Assembly (NCBI RefSeq): GCF_964355755.1
Contig: NC_092673.1
Coordinates: forward strand, 15,658,948-15,722,947
Reading direction: 5' to 3'
From: Antedon mediterranea
Taxonomy: Eukaryota; Animalia; Echinodermata
Length of the DNA stretch: 64,000 nucleotides
Shown: positions 57,773 to 64,000 of the stretch, one piece after another
Position numbering within the stretch: position 1 is the first letter of the stretch
Layout of the letters: each line of letters begins with the position of its first letter
Position numbers and translations under genes: made by a program
Notes under the pieces: model-generated
Seen by the model: the letters and a program-made list of their open reading frames with translations, nothing else
Databases searched by the model: none
What the model was told of the DNA's origin: nothing

Positions 57773-58039
57773 AGGATATGTTTAGAGTGTTCATTAAAAA
57801 AAAATCATACTTTTGAGGCGATTTTGGTGTAAAAAAATGTTCAGGCTCGAGAATGTACAATGCGTCAGAAATGGCGTGTATTGCGTCAACTAGCTAGTAT
57901 GTTTGCGTCGACATATGACGGCAAATGCAATGTGGACGCGATTATTAAAACATAAATTTTCAACATATTTAACTACAAAATCGCTCTAACAATGTTAACT
58001 TTATTGATAAAATACAATTAACACTCTAAATAGATCCTA
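57773..58039. mobile_element. Small TIR MITE
   Basis: Ends AGGATATGTTTAGAGTGTT and AACACTCTAAATAGATCCT. Confidence 0.6.
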
Positions 58040-60652
58040 TTTTGTATGATTTACACTTTATACTCGTAGGAATTGGTTATAAATTGATGGGGCTTGGTAG
58101 GACTTGGTCGGTTGGGCTTAGTATTGAGGAGGACCCTATTCAACACCATTGGAACCCAAGTTTCTTTATAGTATCCTCTGATAGAGGATACCATATTAAT
58201 CGCGGATTGGCTGTAAATGTTAAAACATGTTGCCTATAATGGGAGTGTCTAAAAAAGTGTGTCAAGGAGGGGTTCTACTATACCCACATGGTTTTATATT
58301 GAGTAGTCTACATGTGCATGAAGGAGATGCCTTAAATAAGAGTGTCCCTTTAATAGAAATGTTCTCTTTTGCTGTATGTTAATACATGTTATTTTCCGTT
58401 CCGTTTTGCATCCAAGTGTCACCTCCTTGGTGTCTCCTGAATAGGGTGTTCCAAAGAAGAGTTCGAATGTATTATAATGATCCATATGTTTTTATAGACG
58501 ATGTAAGATCTCCCCTCCCCCACCCCTTCTTTTTGTGAACTTTTCAGATCAATCCGGCTTTTCCGTCACAGTCTTCCGATTTAAAAATCAAATTATATGG
58601 AGCAATTGTTTAAAGTGTATTTGCATACACTTGAGCCTAGTGTGAATGGATAGGACAATGCCAAGTATGCATGCAATGAATAATAAATAAGTGAATAACG
58701 CGTTGTACAACTTGGCCACACTTGTCATTTATCCCGTTGTTTCTCCGAAGGCCACGAGCTGCCCATAAGTGGATCAATCGTAGTAAGTTGGTTCCTGCAA
58801 ACGGACTCCCATAGCTCTCTTCTTAATCACATAAGAATGGCTTTATATCCAGCAGCAATATGTAAGTTATTATTATTTAAACAGTGTATTCGTAAGATAT
58901 GAAGGAACGTTTTTGTTGGCATTATGCCTTTATTGCTAACCGATTTATCTGGATTTTTTTTTTAATGGCTGTTATTTGTCCAGCATGAATTGAGTGCACT
59001 CACTAAGATATACCACCCTAATCCGATCACGAATTAATGATAAAAATGTACACGATGTTTAACGTATTTTAAACTTAAATAATATGATTGTGTCTACCTA
59101 GAATACGGTAGCCCTTCTACAGTCATTCATTAGTAATACTGCTGTACTACTATTAATATACCGTGTCAGGGGCCGTTTCATTTTGTTATGTGCACAATAT
59201 TTCAATTATGACAGAACCGTAGTGCATTTTAATTCGTATTGAAAATGATTCCACGAAAAACTATCAATTATTTTTTTGTAAATACATATCATTTAAAATA
59301 TACAGTACGTATTTCGACTTTTATTATTCCATTTTACCATTAAAACGGAAATACAGATAATGATAAAATGTTATTGTCAGTATAAGTAGATCACATCTAT
59401 ACGCCAAGACGACGAAGCAACGTTGATATATATATATATATACTATCGTTTGGTCATATCTTCAAATGCAGTGCTGACTAATATCCATTCTGAAATTGTA
59501 GAGTTTGAAGAAGCTTTCACAACGCCGATAGGTTTGTACGCATGAGCAGATCAACAATATGTAACTTCGTAGTTTTTTTGTGTTGCACAGTCCCTTAAGT
59601 ATTTGGCGAATCTATTCGCGGTAACGGTAAGCGGAAAAGCGGGTAGTTTCCCATGTAGAATCTGTATCTAGTATAGACTGAGCGGGTTTCTGCTCAACCG
59701 CCCGTCCGCTCCGCGTTTTGTGTAAATTGAATCATAAGAATTACACATGATTCTATATTTGTTGTTGTTTGCTTACCACTTATCGCTCGTCTGTGTAAAT
59801 TGGCCTTAAGTCGGAGCATCCTGTGATAGTTGCGCATGAACTAAAAGTGTACGGTATATATATGCTAGTGGAACCCAGCCCAGATCGCTATCGAGTAACA
59901 ACATTGTGTAGGTGTTTCTCGAACCAAATATAGGTCAATGTATATGTTACTATACCTACCATGATAACTTTTGCCATTATTTATATAATTAGAACCGACA
60001 AACACAGTTTTTTTTAATAGCTTTTATTTCCGGGAAGATTATGTTCATTCACAGCTAAATCATGGAGGTTATATCTTAATCATCATCATCATCATCATGG
60101 AAATCATGGTTGATTCAACAACATATTTACCCTTTACATTCTATTGAATCATTATAATAACCAAAAACCTCAAAAATAGATATTTTCAGGTTGATTGTAC
60201 TGTAATAATTCCACTAAATATTTATATTCACACGTTTGTGATGCATATGGTTTACTAATGGTTATGAATTTTTAGAGCGCAGAAAAAACATCTCTCGAAG
60301 CGCTCATGAAGACAAGTGTAAAAAAAATAAAGAAAAGGGCGAAGTGTAATTTCATATATCGGCATCCAATCCAAATGAGAATACGTCACAAATTCAATTC
60401 TTAATATCCACATTCTAGAAAAAGTCAATTGATATTAAAACAAACCATAATTTATTAGGAGAAAGTAAAGTAGGCTTTCGCTTACTCCGTCAAAAACGAC
60501 TACAAACATAAATAGAAAGTAGTTTAATAGCTTTTTCAACATTTTGTAAAAATAGTAAGAGGTTAAACGGAACAGGTGTGTTTTGCAATATCCTTTATTA
60601 CAGCTATGAACCGTTCAGATCATTATCAGCCATGCATTGGTATTACCATTAA

Positions 60653-60930
60653 AGATGTATTGTCTCCCGAAAACATGACAAATAAGGGATTAATAAATCA
60701 GACTTTGAATATGTTATTTTGTAGTTTTAATAAAGTTAATCACTTCCGTAGAAAAAAAACCCGAAAACAAATAATGTTTTCACTTACATTCCAAAATGAA
60801 AAAAAATAAATGGTTAGCCTAAATTTAACCAAAAATCCATTGGCTGGCAGCCAATTTGACCATTGTTTTGCTTCATATTACAGTTTCTTCAGGTAAATAA
60901 TAAGGAATTATTCAGGGGGACAATACATCT
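60653..60930. mobile_element. TTAA-target Kolobok-like MITE copy
   Basis: TTAA|AGATGTATTGTCTCCC...GGGGGACAATACATCT. The body matches 41361-41707 in inverted orientation. Confidence 0.75.
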
Positions 60931-61280
60931 ATGATTTTAATTCCGTTTTTAATTTGACCTCTTATTAAAATATTTAGAACAAATTGTAATATTTGACCTC
61001 TTCATAAATGATTTCCCTTCAAACAAAATCTTCGGTTTACCTTTTCTGTACGCGTGGAACCTTGATCAACTGCGCAAGCTCGGAGAAAACAATAAGTCAC
61101 TCCTCCCCAACGTAAATCGTTACAAATTCACAACAGATTTACCAGTACGGAACACTTACGCTGTGAGTCACACACAATCAAGTTATGAAGTTAGCTCCCT
61201 GGGTTTAGACAGGAACCGTGGTATTAATTCACTGACATTATATGGAATTCCCGTTGTTGTGGTAATATATTTCGTTTGAT

Positions 61281-64000
61281 ATGGATTTCATTTACAGACC
61301 TTGTGAGTACTGATTTACTTGTCGATTAAACTTGTTAGGCAAATAATATTTTTGTTTGATCTGTTCTACTCAACCAGAGACCTCGTTTTAATAAGGCTAA
61401 TATGGAACGTCGCGTAACGTTTGATTTATATTAAACATCTCGTTTCCATTGTAATTGTTTGATTTATGTCGCCACAGGGGATCGATGGATACCTCGAAGA
61501 AACACATGAAGCGGTCTGCCGACTTTTTAATGTACACATACTTGCGTAAACTTCAATTTAAAAAGTTAGACAAAAGTTTGCGTATCGTATTTCACTGATT
61601 AGTTTGTTACGTATTGATTTTACAAAGACCTACTTTTTGAGTCGCACAGTAGTTGATACTCGCGTACTACGTCTAGCAATATTGACAACTTTATTCTTAT
61701 TCAGAGATAATTCTATAAGTGTATCCACAGGGGCTAGGTTCTTTTCAAGGGTAACCGTTCTGAATGGTGACTTTATTTGTACTTTGGTCGCGTGTTACCT
61801 ATGCTTGTTTGCGTTTAACCGTGCATATTGACAATTCAACCCCCATTGAGTTGTTGGCAATGATCTAAATTCCGCTAAGGACCTCGCTAAACCCACGTGT
61901 GTGGTGTTACAAAAGTATCAAGATACCAACACTGAAAATAGATATATTATCTCGTGTAGGCTACGTACGTTACCATAGTTGCAGGGAAGGAAACAAAACA
62001 TTAGGAATGCATGAACTTGTAATTAAATTTTAGTCAAACAAAAACAAACTAGAGTTCGATACAATCTACTATTCTTAAAGTGTGATCGTATAAAACAATA
62101 GCTTCATATAAACGTTCTTTTAAAAGTGCACAATAACCTAATGAAACGCGTGTTTTCGGCGCCATACAGTACTAGACCACCAAGTTCAGACTCTTATTTC
62201 TAAATATAAAGCTTGTCCTCTGTAACACCACGACGATGCAGTTAACTTTGTTTTGTACCACTGACGACGATAATATTCCAAATATGTTTTAAGGGTGTAT
62301 ATTATATAAAATGAGTGGACTAATATCAAATATTGCTACCAAACGACTCGGTAACATTAAATTATAGCTCCCATGGTATCACAGTAGGTGAACACTTTTC
62401 ATACCAACATGGAAATAAAGAATTTAATCACCAGTACGATTAATCAATTACTTAGGCCTCCTACCTGTTGCTTTTGCTATTGTATTTGCCCACTTTATCC
62501 GTTTGATTTGATAGACTAAGGTTGTGTTTATGAACATTTAAAGTATCTGGATATGCCAGAGGTCTCTCCTGACAAGGCTAAATCAAAATTCTCCCTACCG
62601 TTTACAGACTTCTAGTTATCCGGCTGGCTACTCATGGCCTTATTTTCAGCCTGATTTGCATGATTATCTCATAAAATACATTGTTTAATCCAGCAAGGTC
62701 GCCTTCAACTCCCCTGAGGACAAGCCAACCCTCCAAATTTGCCGGGCTGAGGTTGGTCCGGATAACCCAGGTGGTAGTACTCAAAAAAGCCATTAAGGGT
62801 CGTTAAGGCATGATTAATGACCCCAAAAGATGACAAGTTATCCGGATACTTGCTGTTCATAAACGGGCCCTAATACTGTATATCATAAAGTGTTGTTTTC
62901 GATTTGATGGTCTGCAGAACAAGACCTTGTTGTTTCCGCCTACTCCTCCATTCAGTCTATGCTTAAAGCTACGTTCATACATGGTTAACACTAATGATTT
63001 AGTTCAGACAGAACGTGCACGTGTATCAAACGTGGCACAGTCGGAGTGTCTTCTCCGGCTACATGACAGGTTCTCGGCTCATCGTGAACATTTTTAAAAC
63101 TGTATAGGCCTAACTTTTAAATTGTATTTTTCAGGTTTTCTTGTGGCAATATTAGTTATAGGGGTGCATTCAGAGGTTGCAACGTTCAACATGGGTGGTG
63201 TAACCGGCAATATAACGTTTACATCGATTAACGGCGGTGTTTATACCATAGTCACAGCACTATCAGGACTTGCAGGTACTTATTCTTGGGGAGTACACCA
63301 ATTTCCAATGTTTTACAACATAAAATCGCCGTGTTCAGCAGTTGGTAACGTTGTACACAGCTTCTCCGACGAGTCTGGTACATTATTATCATCCGTGACA
63401 AATCAACCACTAACCAGCACCTTAAATGAACCGATTGTCGACCGATCTCTTGTTTTGTCATCTACCACCAGTGGTGATCGAATTTGCGCGCACATTCATC
63501 GTGACACATCAGACGTCATGACAGCGGTGGCCAAGTTCCAAGAGCCATTTGCAGGTACGATAATGCTCCGACAAGACGCAAGCGATAGTACAGCAATTAC
63601 GACAGTGTTTGTCGATCTATACGATACGGTAATGCCAATCGAAGCTGCAACGTATAATTGGAGAGTAGCAGAATTCACCGGTGATGTAGATTTTGATATG
63701 TCTCCTGAAATGATATGCAATCAAGTTATATCAAGTGAACCATATAATCCAACAAATAAAGATGCATGTAATCAAACCAATCTATCTAATTGTTCCATCG
63801 GCGATTTAACTGGAAAGTTTAATGCCCTGACCGTTCAACCAATTCATTCGATTGAAAAGCAGTTCTTTGACGACACTAATCTTCCACTTTCTGGTAGTAA
63901 TTCGGTTATACAACAGATTCTAGTCTTGGAGAATGGAAACGCCAGGTCGTGTGCTTATATAAGAACACTCTTGAGTAAACAAGTAACTACTTTTATAGAT
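61281..64000 (+). CDS. Secreted Cu/Zn-SOD-fold repeat protein (CSRP/Rsod-like), 5' part; runs off the window
   Basis: Exon 61281-61302 (ATG...T|GTGAGT) joins exon 63135 to beyond 64000, open for 288 codons. Signal peptide MDFIYRPCFLVAILVIGVHS, then SOD-like motifs ATFNMGGVTGNITF, WGVHQFP, RSLVL...ICAHI, AVAKF...GTIMLRQ, YNP...CSIGDLTGKF, DTNLPLSGSNSV...CAYI. Missing from the ORF track because no stop codon falls inside the window. Confidence 0.8.
62520..62870. mobile_element. Harbinger-like MITE in intron 1 of the SOD-repeat gene
   Basis: TAA|GGTTGTGTTTATGAACA...TGTTCATAAACGGGCCC|TAA. Confidence 0.6.

Noticed and set aside
56975-59810. Possible 2.8-kb composite transposon between inverted repeats at ~57000 and ~59700
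   Set aside because: The arms are diverged MITE fragments with no shared TSD and no internal ORF, so independent insertions are more likely.

Overview
AT-rich, intron-rich animal genomic DNA, probably from a marine invertebrate (inferred from the gene and repeat content). Manual splicing gives three host genes. (1) A 16-exon HAUS8/augmin subunit 8 gene on the minus strand (2691-22617, about 679 aa). (2) A 15-exon SH3BP2/3BP2 PH-proline-rich-SH2 adaptor gene on the plus strand (23511-48452, about 578 aa), head-to-head with HAUS8. It has a second, paralogous terminal SH2 exon at 49518-49646. (3) The 5' part of a secreted Cu/Zn-SOD-fold repeat protein gene (61281 to beyond 64000). Mobile DNA: an intact, very young BEL/Pao LTR retrotransposon in SH3BP2 intron 1 (872-bp LTRs with one difference seen, non-canonical TA...CA ends, no tRNA primer site), a disrupted RTE LINE with an 11-bp TSD next to three tRNA-Thr(TGT) genes, a 2-kb foldback element, two DINE-1/HINE-like elements bracketing tRNA-Val pseudogenes, many MITEs and SINEs, and intronic satellites. 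Best leads: alternative duplicated SH2 C-terminal exons, possible tRNA-independent self-priming of the BEL element, a conserved tankyrase/cherubism motif, and SOD repeats lacking metal ligands. All calls were made by eye, with no database searches.
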